Below, piece after piece: positions 31,217 to 41,512 of a DNA stretch of 64,000 nt; position 1 is the first letter of the stretch; each line of letters begins with the position of its first letter. The notes beneath the pieces are model-generated. The model saw only the letters and a program-made list of their open reading frames with translations. It did no database searches and was not told the origin of the DNA. Made by a program: the position numbers and the translations under genes. This stretch comes from an uncultured Lachnospiraceae bacterium (lineage in GTDB: Bacteria; Bacillota; Clostridia; Lachnospirales; Lachnospiraceae): positions 6,444 to 70,443 of the forward strand of contig CAJUPJ010000013.1 of the NCBI GenBank assembly GCA_910588655.1, written 5' to 3'.

Positions 31217-33011
31217 GCACAAACACCTCCGTATCCATCTGCATCTTGTAAATATTTGCATATTTCCCGTTTAATTCCATAAGCTCATCAAAAGTGCCAC
31301 GTTCAGCAACTTTCCCATTTTCCAGGAAAATGATTTCATCAAAATCTTTAAGTGCTACTGCCCTGTGAGTTGCCATAACCAGAGTCCTGCCCTGGAAATG
31401 GCTGTCAAGGCTTTTAAAGATTTTGCTTTCTGTTTCAATATCAAGTGCACTTGTACAGTCATCAAGAATTGTGACTGGTGCATTTTTTAAAAGTGCCCTT
31501 GCAATGGCAACACGCTGTTTCTGCCCTCCAGAAAGCCCGAAACCTTTCTCACCAATAATAGTGTTATATCCGTCTGGAAAACCATATGCAAATTCGCTGA
31601 CCTGTGCTATTTCACCACAGGCAAGCACTTCCTCCTCTGGTGCGCCAGGGTTATAATATGCAATATTTGCAGCAATGGAATTTGAAAACAAAAAGACATT
31701 CTGCATTGCATAGCCATATGCTTTTGCAATTTCATTGCGGCTGTATTCTTTAATATCTGCCCCGTCAATTGTAATAGTACCGTCCTCAAATTCTTCAAAA
31801 GCCTGCATTACACGCAGAAGCACTGACTTGCCGCTCCCTGTCTTTCCCATAATCCCCACTTTCTTTCCATAAGGGATATCAAGCGAAACATCATCTAAAA
31901 GCTCATTGCCATCCGCTTTTGCACTTATATGTGACAGTACAATGTGTGGTGTTTCTGATACTTTTTTATCACCATAGAGTGCAGAAATTTCATCCTTTTT
32001 ATCAAGAAGCCCATACAGTCTTTTTGCACTTACACTCTGCTCCTGGGCATCTGCCATCATAAAAATAATATCTACAAAATTGCCACAGATTGATACAAGA
32101 TATGTAAGAAATGCTGTATATTCACCTGTTGTCATCTTAAATCTTGTTGCCAGCCATATGCTTAGTACCATACTGGCAAGCATTACAAACTGGTCTGTTG
32201 TATCAAATGCAACGAAATATTTATACTGCTTTATACTGAAACCTGTTGAAAAATCCCTTAACTCCCTGCTCTTTTCATTAAACCTTCCAGCCCTTAAGCC
32301 TTCCCTTGCATATGCCTTAATTGTCCTTATGCCATAAATGCTTTCCTGCGTTTCTGTATTTAATGCTGAATTTCTCTCCCAGAGCTTGCCATACATTTCA
32401 CCACACAGCTTTAAAAATTTCCTGGTTATTATCCCAAAAATAACAAGTGTCAGGAATGGCAGGAGCATAAGCCATATACTAATGCGTGAAAGCATTATTG
32501 AAGCAGTTATAATATAGAATAAACAGTCAATTATAAACGGGATAGTTGCAACATGGAAATTACGGATATTCTCTGCATCAGAATTTACAATAGTAATTAA
32601 ATCGCCTGTACTGTATTCTTTAAGAAGCGGCATGCCAAATGAATTTATCTTCCTTAATACATCAAGACGTATCTTGTTGTCACATTTTATAGAAAAATAA
32701 TGCGCCATATTCCAGCGCAGGTAAAATGTAACAAAATATAAAAGCAGAAATAATAAAAATACACCTGTAAGAATAAACATCATCTGCCATAAATTACCTG
32801 GTGGTATATCCTTTACCAGAAAGGCAAATATACTGCTGTTTTCTGCTGGCTCTGCACCAAGTGCAGGATTAATTACATTGTCCACAATTAATGTTACAAT
32901 CTGCGGCTCTACAATCTGTATAAGCCCTTGTGTAAGCCCAAACAGAATACATATAGCCAGAATCCCATAAATTCTTTTATAATATGGATATGATTTCTTT
33001 AGAATTTCCAT
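31194..33011 (-). CDS. ABC exporter, fused TMD-NBD subunit 1 (degenerate site)
   Basis: GKTGSGKS, LSGGQKQR, Walker B LDD (non-canonical, typical of heterodimeric exporters). Confidence 0.93.
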   Translation of the reverse strand: MEILKKSYPYYKRIYGILAICILFGLTQGLIQIVEPQIVTLIVDNVINPALGAEPAENSSIFAFLVKDIPPGNLWQMMFILTGVFLLFLLLYFVTFYLRWNMAHYFSIKCDNKIRLDVLRKINSFGMPLLKEYSTGDLITIVNSDAENIRNFHVATIPFIIDCLFYIITASIMLSRISIWLMLLPFLTLVIFGIITRKFLKLCGEMYGKLWERNSALNTETQESIYGIRTIKAYAREGLRAGRFNEKSRELRDFSTGFSIKQYKYFVAFDTTDQFVMLASMVLSIWLATRFKMTTGEYTAFLTYLVSICGNFVDIIFMMADAQEQSVSAKRLYGLLDKKDEISALYGDKKVSETPHIVLSHISAKADGNELLDDVSLDIPYGKKVGIMGKTGSGKSVLLRVMQAFEEFEDGTITIDGADIKEYSRNEIAKAYGYAMQNVFLFSNSIAANIAYYNPGAPEEEVLACGEIAQVSEFAYGFPDGYNTIIGEKGFGLSGGQKQRVAIARALLKNAPVTILDDCTSALDIETESKIFKSLDSHFQGRTLVMATHRAVALKDFDEIIFLENGKVAERGTFDELMELNGKYANIYKMQMDTEVFVHGQELVL

Positions 33012-33270
33012 TTATACCTCCCTCTCATAAAAATCCCCATGCCGCCCCCGGCGGCATAAATAGTGATGAAATAACATGAAGCAACAAGTAATGGGCTTAT
33101 TTTAATATACCAGCTATATAAATTCAAGCCCGGAAAAGCTTAAAAATTTCTATAATTATTCTTTAGCACCTGGAAGGCAGAAAATTTAATATTGTTTTTT
33201 ATAATAATTCATGTATAATAATCTTTGTGGTTTGATATTCTTTTATTACATAGTTACAGAGGAGGTAGGC

Positions 33271-35115
33271 ATGGCCAGCTACAATGTAAACAATAGGAAC
33301 AAAAAGGAAAAAGAGGAAAAGAAATTTTCTTTTTTCCTTATATTACCAGTTATAGCAGTTTTAGCAATAATCCCGCTTATTACATTTTATTACAAATATG
33401 ACACTAAACTTGACCAGTTTGAGTGGTACAGCGGGCCTGTAAAACAAACTGATTTTTTCTTGTATTATAAATCAGTTGCCCTGATTCTTGTATCAGTATA
33501 TATGGTTTTTGCTGTTATATATATGGTTTTGGGCGAAGAAAGGAAATTTGCCTGGGATAAAAAACTAATCCCGCTTCTTATATATGCCATAATTTCATTT
33601 ATATCAGCCATTGCTTCTAAATACTCATACTTTTCATTTAATGGTATATATGAACAGTTTGAGCCAGTATGGGTTTTAATAGGATATTTTATAATTGTGT
33701 ACTACTGTTTCTTTGTATTCCAGGAAGAAACGGTACTGCGGCGTACTATGAGATGGTTTATAGCAGGTATTTCCATAATGGCAGCACTTGGATTAAGCCA
33801 GGCATTTAAACATGATTTCCTGCGTACAGAAATGGGACAGAAGCTTATTTCGCCAGAAACAGGGCTTGAATTTAAATTTGAACTTGGACGTGCATACCTT
33901 ACAGTATATAACCCTAACTACGTAGGTTTTTATGCAACCCTGGTTGTACCTGTACTTGTTGCACTTATATTTACAACTAAAAAGCTCTGGTGCCGTATTG
34001 GTTATGCATTTCTTGCAGTTTCACTTGTAATTATACTTTTTGCATCACAGTCACGTGCAGGTGTTATTACAATAATAGTTTCACTGGTTATTATGCTTCT
34101 TTGCATGCGCAAAGTATTCCTTAAAAACTGGAAAATAACGGTTATTGCTATTGCTGTATTTGCAGTTGCCTTTATTGGCATAAATGTAATGAACCAGAAT
34201 ATACTTATTGACCGTATGAAATCCATGTTTTCTACTACACCAGAAACACATCCGCTGGAAAGCATAGTTACTAACGATGATAACGTAACTATTAAATATA
34301 ATGGTAATTCCCTTGTATTTAAAGTTGAACAGGATGAAGCTAATAATGATATTTTCAACCTTGAAGATGGAAGTGGCAGCCCTGTAAGTTACAGTGCTAC
34401 AGAAGACAATTCTGCTTATAAAATAGATGATACCCGTTTTCCTTTTACATTTTCATCAGTAAGAGTGCCAAAATCATTTTATGGTTTCTTAGTAACCATT
34501 GACGGGCAGCCTTGGTATTTTTCAAACCTGATGAAACCAAATAATAAGACTTATTATGCACTTGGCGGCAATATGTCTTTAATGAAGCTTACAGAACATG
34601 AGAAATCCCTTGATTTCCTTGAAAACCATTACCATTTTGCCAACGGGCGTGGTTATATATGGGCAAGGACTTTGCCACTTTTAAAGAAATATTTCCTGCT
34701 TGGCTCAGGCCCTGAAACATTTGTAATTGCATTTCCAAATAATGACCTGGTAGGTCTGTATAATTCATGGCACCAGAATGAAATAGTTACAAAACCACAC
34801 TGCCTGTACTTACAGACTGCTGTACAGACAGGCGTTCCTTCATTAATTGCACTGCTTTTATTCTTTATATTTTATATTGTGAGCAGCTTTACAATTTACT
34901 GGAAACACAGTTATGAAGGTTATCTGCCTAAAATCGGGGTTGCTATACTGGCAAGCTCTATCGGGTATATGATACTTGCACTTACCAATGATTCATGTGT
35001 GGCTACATCACCTATATTCTTTGCATTAATAGGTATAGGGCTTGGAATTAATTACAGGTTAAAAAAAGATATAAAAAATAACAAATTACAGGCAGATGTG
35101 CAGAATAACGCTTAA
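33271..35115 (+). CDS. O-antigen ligase/Wzy_C-like polytopic membrane protein
   Basis: YNPNYVG, SQSRAG, GRGYIW...LGSGPETF, KPHCLYLQ; start MASYNV after GGAGG. Confidence 0.8.
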   Translation: MASYNVNNRNKKEKEEKKFSFFLILPVIAVLAIIPLITFYYKYDTKLDQFEWYSGPVKQTDFFLYYKSVALILVSVYMVFAVIYMVLGEERKFAWDKKLIPLLIYAIISFISAIASKYSYFSFNGIYEQFEPVWVLIGYFIIVYYCFFVFQEETVLRRTMRWFIAGISIMAALGLSQAFKHDFLRTEMGQKLISPETGLEFKFELGRAYLTVYNPNYVGFYATLVVPVLVALIFTTKKLWCRIGYAFLAVSLVIILFASQSRAGVITIIVSLVIMLLCMRKVFLKNWKITVIAIAVFAVAFIGINVMNQNILIDRMKSMFSTTPETHPLESIVTNDDNVTIKYNGNSLVFKVEQDEANNDIFNLEDGSGSPVSYSATEDNSAYKIDDTRFPFTFSSVRVPKSFYGFLVTIDGQPWYFSNLMKPNNKTYYALGGNMSLMKLTEHEKSLDFLENHYHFANGRGYIWARTLPLLKKYFLLGSGPETFVIAFPNNDLVGLYNSWHQNEIVTKPHCLYLQTAVQTGVPSLIALLLFFIFYIVSSFTIYWKHSYEGYLPKIGVAILASSIGYMILALTNDSCVATSPIFFALIGIGLGINYRLKKDIKNNKLQADVQNNA

Positions 35116-35148
35116 ATAACTTGTACAGGATTTTAAAGGGGTTTAATT

Positions 35149-36342
35149 ATGAATATTTTATATCCACAATGGAAAAGTTTTGGCGTGGAAGATATTACAG
35201 AAGCATTTGAATTACTAGGGCATACTGTTATACAATATCCACATGAACCATCTAACTACCGCATTGACCCGAAATACAAGTCAGAATTAAAGAAATATAT
35301 ACGTGCAGAAGGAATAGACCTGGTATTTACTTCAAACTATTTCCCAGTAATATCAGACGCATGTAATGAAGCAAAAATCATTTATATATCATGGTGTTAT
35401 GACAGTCCCCTTGTACTTACGTACTCCAGGACAGTTTTTAACCCATGTAACAGGATATTTATATTTGACTCACAGATGGTCTATGACCTGGACTGCCTGG
35501 GCGTGAAAAATGTATTTTACATGCCTATGGCAGTAAATGCCAGAAGGCTTGCACAAATGTCCGCAACACCAGAGCAGAAAAAGATTATTGAAGCTGATGT
35601 ATCTTTTGTAGGTTCTCTTTACACCGAAAAACACACCCTTTATGACAGGATGGAAAAACTGGATGCACATACACGTGGATACCTGGAAGGTGTAATGGCA
35701 TCACAGATGCTTGTATATGGCTATAATTTTATAGAAGAGGCCCTTACACCTGCCATTATGGAAAAAATGCAGGAGGCAATGCCGCTTGAAACCAATATTG
35801 GCGGGATGGAAACACCAGGCTACACATATGCTAATTATTTCCTTTGCAGGAAAATAACACAGACAGAACGTACAGAAATACTGGGTGGCATAAGCCACAT
35901 GTTAAAAGATACCACTCTTCCTGGCGGAATACCTGCAATGCCACTTAAGCTTTATACACCAGGGGAAACACCATTCCTGCCAGATGTAAAAAACATGGGT
36001 ACAATACACTATATGTATGAAATGCCACTAGTTTTCCAGAACAGCAAAATAAACTTAAATATTACATTGAGGAGCATTAAAAACGGAATTCCTTTAAGGG
36101 CAATGGATATAATGGGTGCTGGAGGCTTCCTGCTTACTAACTACCAGAATGACTTTGACAGGCATTTTATAGATGGTGAGGACTTTGTAAGCTATTCCAG
36201 CAGGGAAGATTTATATAATAAAACCAGGTACTATCTTAAACATAATGACGAACGCAGGGATATTGCAAGAAATGGCTGCAAAGCTGTGCGTGAAAACCAC
36301 ACATACGAAAAAAGGCTTGCAGAAATGCTTGATACAATATAA
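35149..36342 (+). CDS. CgeB/DUF3880-type glycosyltransferase
   Basis: YISWCYDSP, DVSFVGSLY, SKINLNITLRSIKNGIPLRAMDIMGAGGFLLTNYQ. Confidence 0.82.
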   Translation: MNILYPQWKSFGVEDITEAFELLGHTVIQYPHEPSNYRIDPKYKSELKKYIRAEGIDLVFTSNYFPVISDACNEAKIIYISWCYDSPLVLTYSRTVFNPCNRIFIFDSQMVYDLDCLGVKNVFYMPMAVNARRLAQMSATPEQKKIIEADVSFVGSLYTEKHTLYDRMEKLDAHTRGYLEGVMASQMLVYGYNFIEEALTPAIMEKMQEAMPLETNIGGMETPGYTYANYFLCRKITQTERTEILGGISHMLKDTTLPGGIPAMPLKLYTPGETPFLPDVKNMGTIHYMYEMPLVFQNSKINLNITLRSIKNGIPLRAMDIMGAGGFLLTNYQNDFDRHFIDGEDFVSYSSREDLYNKTRYYLKHNDERRDIARNGCKAVRENHTYEKRLAEMLDTI

Positions 36343-36355
36343 TACTTTATACAGG

Positions 36356-36424
36356 AAAATGCCAGGCAGCAGTCCCAGTATATATATTATAAATATATAC
36401 TGGGAAAACTGTACCTGGCATTTT
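36356..36424. terminator. Long bidirectional terminator hairpin between convergent genes
   Basis: aaaatgccagg..cccagtatatat..atatatactggg..cctggcatttt. Confidence 0.65.
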
Positions 36425-36442
36425 ATATGCTTTTATATAATA

Positions 36443-37192
36443 TTACATACCTAAAAGTTTAGATACCATATCCTGCTGCATCTGCATCTGCTGGCTCTGC
36501 ACAAAATAGCCATACTGCTGCATTACCTCACCCTTCTTCTGTTCAGTCATATACTGTCCTACATCAAGGTCTTCAATACTTGACATTGAAGAAACCATAT
36601 TTTCAGAAGAAATATTGCCCGTATTTACACTAACTTCCACAGCGTTGCTCTGTGCACCTAATGAACTTCTGGCGCTGCTGACTTTCTCAAGCGCATCATC
36701 AATTGTAGAAATATCAAACTTGCCAGTAACACTGTAATCCTTAATTCCAAGGTTCTCAAGTGTCATATCTTCCATTTTAATTGACAGCCCTCCGCCCTGC
36801 GGATTAAGTGCAAGGTGCATATCAGCCATACTGCCGTCTAAAAGATGCTTTGTATTAAACTGTGTATCCCTTGCTATGCTTGTTATATGTTCCTTTAACT
36901 GGTCAATTTCCTTCTGCATGGACTGCCTGTCAGAATCAGAATAAATAGCTGTGCTTGAAGCCTGCACGCTTAATTCCCTTATGCGCTGGAGGCTGTCTGT
37001 AATGTTTGAAAGAGCTTCATCTGCTGTCTTGACAGCACTTAAGCCATCTTCACCATTCCTTACACCCTGCTCATATCCTTTAGCCTGTGACAAATGCTTC
37101 TGTGCAATGGCAGAACCAGCAGGGTCATCCGTTACACGCTTCGTAAAAGAAGCATTATAATTGTTATTTACTGATGAAATACTGGTACTCAT
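36443..37192 (-). CDS. Short flagellin-like protein
   Basis: DDPAGSAIA, LQRIRELSVQAS, TQFNTKHLLDGS, ARSSLGAQSN, IEDLDVG. Confidence 0.88.
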   Translation of the reverse strand: MSTSISSVNNNYNASFTKRVTDDPAGSAIAQKHLSQAKGYEQGVRNGEDGLSAVKTADEALSNITDSLQRIRELSVQASSTAIYSDSDRQSMQKEIDQLKEHITSIARDTQFNTKHLLDGSMADMHLALNPQGGGLSIKMEDMTLENLGIKDYSVTGKFDISTIDDALEKVSSARSSLGAQSNAVEVSVNTGNISSENMVSSMSSIEDLDVGQYMTEQKKGEVMQQYGYFVQSQQMQMQQDMVSKLLGM

Positions 37193-37328
37193 AAAATCAC
37201 CCCACTTCCATTAATTACATTATCTGGATAATTATATTATATGTTAGAAATACAAAAACATCAAGACACAATTAGGATAATTTACGTCCGTTTCATAAAT
37301 TCTTATACAAGAAACTTACAGATATAAG

Positions 37329-37876
37329 ATAATTTCCAGTTATCTTTTGTTGGAGGACGGACGCAGGGTCAGGTGTTCCACTAAATTATTCCATGACAGG
37401 GCACGTTCCCACTACGTCAGCCCACGCAACGGCACATAAAGCCCATATATCCCAAAGGAAACTTACATTTCCTCTGGAACATATGGGCTTAAATGCCGGC
37501 GGTGCTGAAGTGCGCCTGTCATGGAATAATATTAGATGGCACACCGGAAACCTGCTGTACACCAACAAACACAAAAAATATAACATACATGTAAAATAAA
37601 TACTATAACTGGAAATTATGGTGTGGGAGAAGTGGCTTAGACGGACGGAAGTACAGTGATATTATTTTAGTATTAATATACTATATATGAGAACATCAGA
37701 TGTTACACTGTATAATAAGTGGTTAGAAAAATCATTCCCCTCCACCCCGTTTCCAGTTATCTCTTTATTCCGTTTTTTATTGCAGGCTGCCGGTGACAGG
37801 TTTTACGTGCCAGATGCCATGAATTATTCCGTAAAAGGGGCACTTTAACCCCGCCGGCATTTAAGCCTGTATATTA
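37329..37876. repeat. Modular hairpin element S'-a-S-L-S'-b(rev), b broken near its apex
   Basis: S sites at 37329, 37605 and 37746; collinear with 3740-4265, then homology stops at about 37876. Confidence 0.88.
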
Positions 37877-38308
37877 TTATATTCCAGCATATTTTCCTGT
37901 ACCAGTTTCTGTTTTCTTATTTGATATAGTAACTGAACCAGGAACATTACTAACTCCACTACTTGGTTTGCTAACACTTACTGTTCCATCTTTCCACACA
38001 AAATACCCTTGTGCATAATACTTCATAACAGTTCCACTACCCCAGGTATGTTCTTTTTCATTTTTATACCAACCTTTACCGCTTGAAGAATGTAATGAAA
38101 TACCATCTGAGTCTTCATCAGGCACAAAATATATTTTCTCAGTTACAATACTTCCATCATCTTCCTCATATACATTCACTTCAATTGGTTGTCCAAAATC
38201 CTCTGGAGCAACTGGAATTTCTGACGCTTTAGTACTAGTTGATACATTCATTGCAAATATTAATGCTATAACAAAGAATAACTTGCTAATCTTTTTTATT
38301 TTTTCCAT
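37877..38308 (-). CDS. Small secreted hypothetical protein, possibly C-terminally truncated at the repeat junction
   Basis: Signal peptide MEKIKKISKLFFVIALIFAM..TKA; stop codon abuts the broken repeat. Confidence 0.65.
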   Translation of the reverse strand: MEKIKKISKLFFVIALIFAMNVSTSTKASEIPVAPEDFGQPIEVNVYEEDDGSIVTEKIYFVPDEDSDGISLHSSSGKGWYKNEKEHTWGSGTVMKYYAQGYFVWKDGTVSVSKPSSGVSNVPGSVTISNKKTETGTGKYAGI

Positions 38309-38382
38309 ATTAATTTGTAAATTTTATAAATATATATTGCGTTGTAAGTTCAATTTTCAACTATATTATCACCAAAATAATA

Positions 38383-38709
38383 TTATATTCCCAATTGCAT
38401 AACTATCTCCTTTAACTTATTCCAGTCATATATATATTTTTCCAAAACTTTTAAACCACATTCTGTTATCTTATAATATTTCCTTTTAGGTCCTTTTGAT
38501 TCCTCTCCATAATACACATCTGCAGCTCCCTCCTTTTTTAACCTCCTTAATACTGCATAAAAAGTACTATCATTAACTTCTGGAAATATTATCTTCATCT
38601 CCCTCATTAAACTATATCCATAATAATCTTTTTCCGATAACTTATACAATAAACACATTTCTAAAATTCCCTTTTTAATCTGTGCATCCAATTTTATTAC
38701 CTCTTTCAT
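38383..38709 (-). CDS. PadR-family transcriptional regulator
   Basis: AQIKKGILEMCLL..YGY..STFYAVLRRL..GPKRKYYKIT; real start may be the TTG at about 38691. Confidence 0.9.
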   Translation of the reverse strand: MKEVIKLDAQIKKGILEMCLLYKLSEKDYYGYSLMREMKIIFPEVNDSTFYAVLRRLKKEGAADVYYGEESKGPKRKYYKITECGLKVLEKYIYDWNKLKEIVMQLGI

Positions 38710-39478
38710 TTTTATAAATATATAACCAATAAATAAATAAAACTGGTAAACAAATAAAATATGTAGTAAATGTAAATTGTATATTTTCTACTGTTTCAAT
38801 GTTTTTTAAAAAACTGATATACATAAACAATCCTGATATAACAGAAATATTTTGTACTATAACAAAAAACATGTATAAATTACCTTGTAACATTTTTCTA
38901 AAGAAAAGAACCGTTATAAACAATAAAGCAACTATTATGAAATATATATATAAATTAATATTTTGTACAAGAAAAGAGTTATATCCTTTACTAATTGTAT
39001 ATGGCATTATAACAACCGAATACAAATGTAAAAAAGCAACAAATAAAAAAACAACAATCTGGCTTTTTATAAAATCATGATATTTTTCTTTTGTTTTTGG
39101 CAAAATACCAACTACACAGTTAATTCCAGATAAAAACCAAATTAAAAACGTACTAAAAATAACAAAAATATCCAAAGCTGTATTTAGTGGAAAAAGAGAA
39201 AAAGTAACAAACATTCCAAATACACATACAATAAATAATATTCCTTTTGTAATTACTAACCTCCTTCTTTTCCTTTCAACCGGGTCAATTTCATTCATTA
39301 ATTCTTTTGCTACCATTTTGGGCTTGCCATAATCATTAATAATCTCTTCTTCTGATAAACCATTATAATATGCAGATTCAAAATGCGTATTTAATTCTTC
39401 AAGTGTATCTTTAATCTCTGATGAACTAAAATGCCAAAACATAGCATTTTTTATATCAAGCAAATATTTCTCTTTCAT
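38675..39478 (-). CDS. Membrane protein with N-terminal HAAS (DUF1700-like) helical domain
   Basis: EKYLLDI..EIKDTLEELNTHF..GLSEEEIINDYGKPKMVAKEL followed by about six transmembrane segments; adjacent to padR. Confidence 0.72.
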   Translation of the reverse strand: MKEKYLLDIKNAMFWHFSSSEIKDTLEELNTHFESAYYNGLSEEEIINDYGKPKMVAKELMNEIDPVERKRRRLVITKGILFIVCVFGMFVTFSLFPLNTALDIFVIFSTFLIWFLSGINCVVGILPKTKEKYHDFIKSQIVVFLFVAFLHLYSVVIMPYTISKGYNSFLVQNINLYIYFIIVALLFITVLFFRKMLQGNLYMFFVIVQNISVISGLFMYISFLKNIETVENIQFTFTTYFICLPVLFIYWLYIYKNERGNKIGCTD

Positions 39479-39510
39479 ATTATCATCCCCCAACTATTTA
39501 TTATACACTT

Positions 39511-39539
39511 ATTATATGCAACTACTATTCAAAAGTCAA
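39511..39539 (-). promoter_or_regulatory. Sigma-A promoter of the HAAS-padR unit
   Basis: TTGACT-17 bp-TATAAT. Confidence 0.65.
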
Positions 39540-39634
39540 TAGTTATAATCAATAATTCTAACTTTTTTATTAATCTGCATTGTATATGCACAAATTTTCA
39601 TATCCCCAGATAAAATCACCCTGTCATAACTGCT

Positions 39635-40725
39635 CAGGACAAACGCATGAGTGAATAAATCGTGAACAAACACTACTTTTACTGTAAATTTGTGGTATTA
39701 TTACAATAAAGGTGGTGTTTGGAAATGACAGAGATATTAAAAACAATAGAATTAATTGAGGATAAAAGACAGGAAAAGAAGGCCAGGCATAAACTGCTTG
39801 ATGTTGTGGTGATTGTGCTGTTTGCAAAACTGGCTAATGCCGATGACTGGCAGGAAGTTGAGATTTTTGCAAAGTCAAATGAAGACTTCCTCAGAATGAA
39901 CTTGTAAACAGCAGGGAAGTGGAAACACTAAAAAGAATCATCTGTATTGACGGAAAAACCATGAGGGGCAGCAAATCAAAAGAGCAAAAGGTAAACCATA
40001 TTGTTTCTGCATGGTGTGACATGGACGGTTTCTGTCTTGGGCAGAAAAAAGCGGAAGAGAAACCAAATGAGATTACTGCCATCCCACAACTGCTGGACAC
40101 TATACAGGTAAAAGGATGCGTTATAACGGTTGACGCCATGGGTACGCAGACAGAGATGGTGGAGAAGATAAAACAGAAGCATGCAGATTACACGCTGGCG
40201 GTAAAGGAAAACCAGAAAAAACTGTACCAGGAAATCAGTGAATATTTCGAAGATGACGAACTTCTTAAAGAAATAAAGGACAATGGCGGTTATAAAATTA
40301 CTATGGAAAAAGCCGCTGGAATGGAATAAAAAGTATAGGGATGATATGTAAGACAACGGGACAGCCAGGGAAACAGGTAACAGAAAAACGGTATTATATA
40401 AGCAGCCTGCCGTCAGATGTGGAGCTGTTTGCCAGGACAGTAAGAGAACACTGGTCTGTGGAGATTATGCACTGGCATTTGGATGTGGCTTTTCAAGAGG
40501 ACGCCAACGCCACTCTGGATAAAACAGCGGTGCAGAATCTAAATATCATAAATAAGTGGTGCTTATCTATATTAAAACTGTTTGATGCGGGGAAGAAAAT
40601 GTCCCTGAAAAAGAAACGTTATTGTATCAGCATGAATACCAGAAAGTATTTGGAAGAGATATTAAGTCTGTAAGACTTGACAGCGGAGGATAATAAAGAG
40701 AATAAACATTCATGCGTTTGTCCTG
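39635..40725 (+). mobile_element. ISAs1-family insertion sequence (decayed)
   Basis: 16-bp TIR caggacaaacgcatga/tcatgcgtttgtcctg; 10-bp direct repeat cataactgct at 39625-39634 and 40726-40735. Confidence 0.93.
39719..40673 (+). pseudogene. ISAs1 transposase in three fragments
   Basis: IEDKRQ..RHKL; CIDGKTMRGS..NEITAIPQLL..TVDAMGTQ..LAVKENQ; RYYISSL..VREHWSVE..HWHLDVAFQED. Confidence 0.9.
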
Positions 40726-40796
40726 CATAACTGCTAAAAAACGCTTGCAACACTCTGGAGATTGTGGTATGTTAAATATAAAGAAGGACATCTGCG

Positions 40797-41120
40797 CTAA
40801 CAGATGTCCAACAAAAGCTGCCCATATATATTTACCCATTCAGATAATCCATTTTCTTCAAAAAGCAAAATAACTGAAAGAATTTGATTAATCAATTCTT
40901 CTCTTGTAATATTTTTTCTATAACTTTCGTCTTCATAAAAATCATTTTCAGCCCATTTGTACAGCTCATATGGAGTATTGTTCACATCTATTCCCCATTC
41001 ATATGCTTCTAAAGGCCCAAAAGACAATCTTTTTATTATAACAATATCTCCATTTTTATTAGGAATTAAATCAGGTTTCGTATAATACCACTTCCCAATA
41101 AAAACTGATTTGTTCTTCAT
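40797..41120 (-). CDS. Small acidic hypothetical protein (107 aa)
   Basis: MKNKSVFIGKWYY... preceded by a GGGGTGA RBS; AT-rich. Confidence 0.6.
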   Translation of the reverse strand: MKNKSVFIGKWYYTKPDLIPNKNGDIVIIKRLSFGPLEAYEWGIDVNNTPYELYKWAENDFYEDESYRKNITREELINQILSVILLFEENGLSEWVNIYGQLLLDIC

Positions 41121-41286
41121 TGTATTCACCCCCTGAAATCTAATTTGCCCACTTGTTTTATGCCATAATCTTACCACAAGCCCACACATAATTCCATTAT
41201 TTTACTTAATTCCTTTTCCCCATCCTTTGCAATCATTATTTGTCTTGCCCGTTATTTCTACCCTGCCAGCTTATATAAACCAATGT

Positions 41287-41420
41287 AATAAGTGAATAGC
41301 AGAATAATTCCCACTCCCCTTATAGTTATCTTGTTTTTTGCGCTTTATTTTAATTTATGGCAACAGGTTTTGATGCCGGATGCCAGCCCATGCAAAAACA
41401 TAAAACAAGATAACTATAAT
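41287..41420. repeat. Partial hairpin element (3' half of L plus internally deleted b)
   Basis: aataagtg..gcagaataattcccac matches 4111-4140; acaggttttgatgccggatgcc matches module b; 18-bp IR 41320-41337/41402-41419. Confidence 0.7.
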
Positions 41421-41421
41421 C

Positions 41422-41450
41422 TTGACACTGTTTATTTCCCATGTTAAAAT
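41422..41450 (+). promoter_or_regulatory. Sigma-A promoter of glmS
   Basis: TTGACA-17 bp-TAAAAT with extended TG. Confidence 0.75.
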
Positions 41451-41512
41451 CTTTCAAGGAAATGGCAGTCCAGCCTGCCAGCTATATCTCCGGACAGAAA
41501 TGTCCTTAAACA

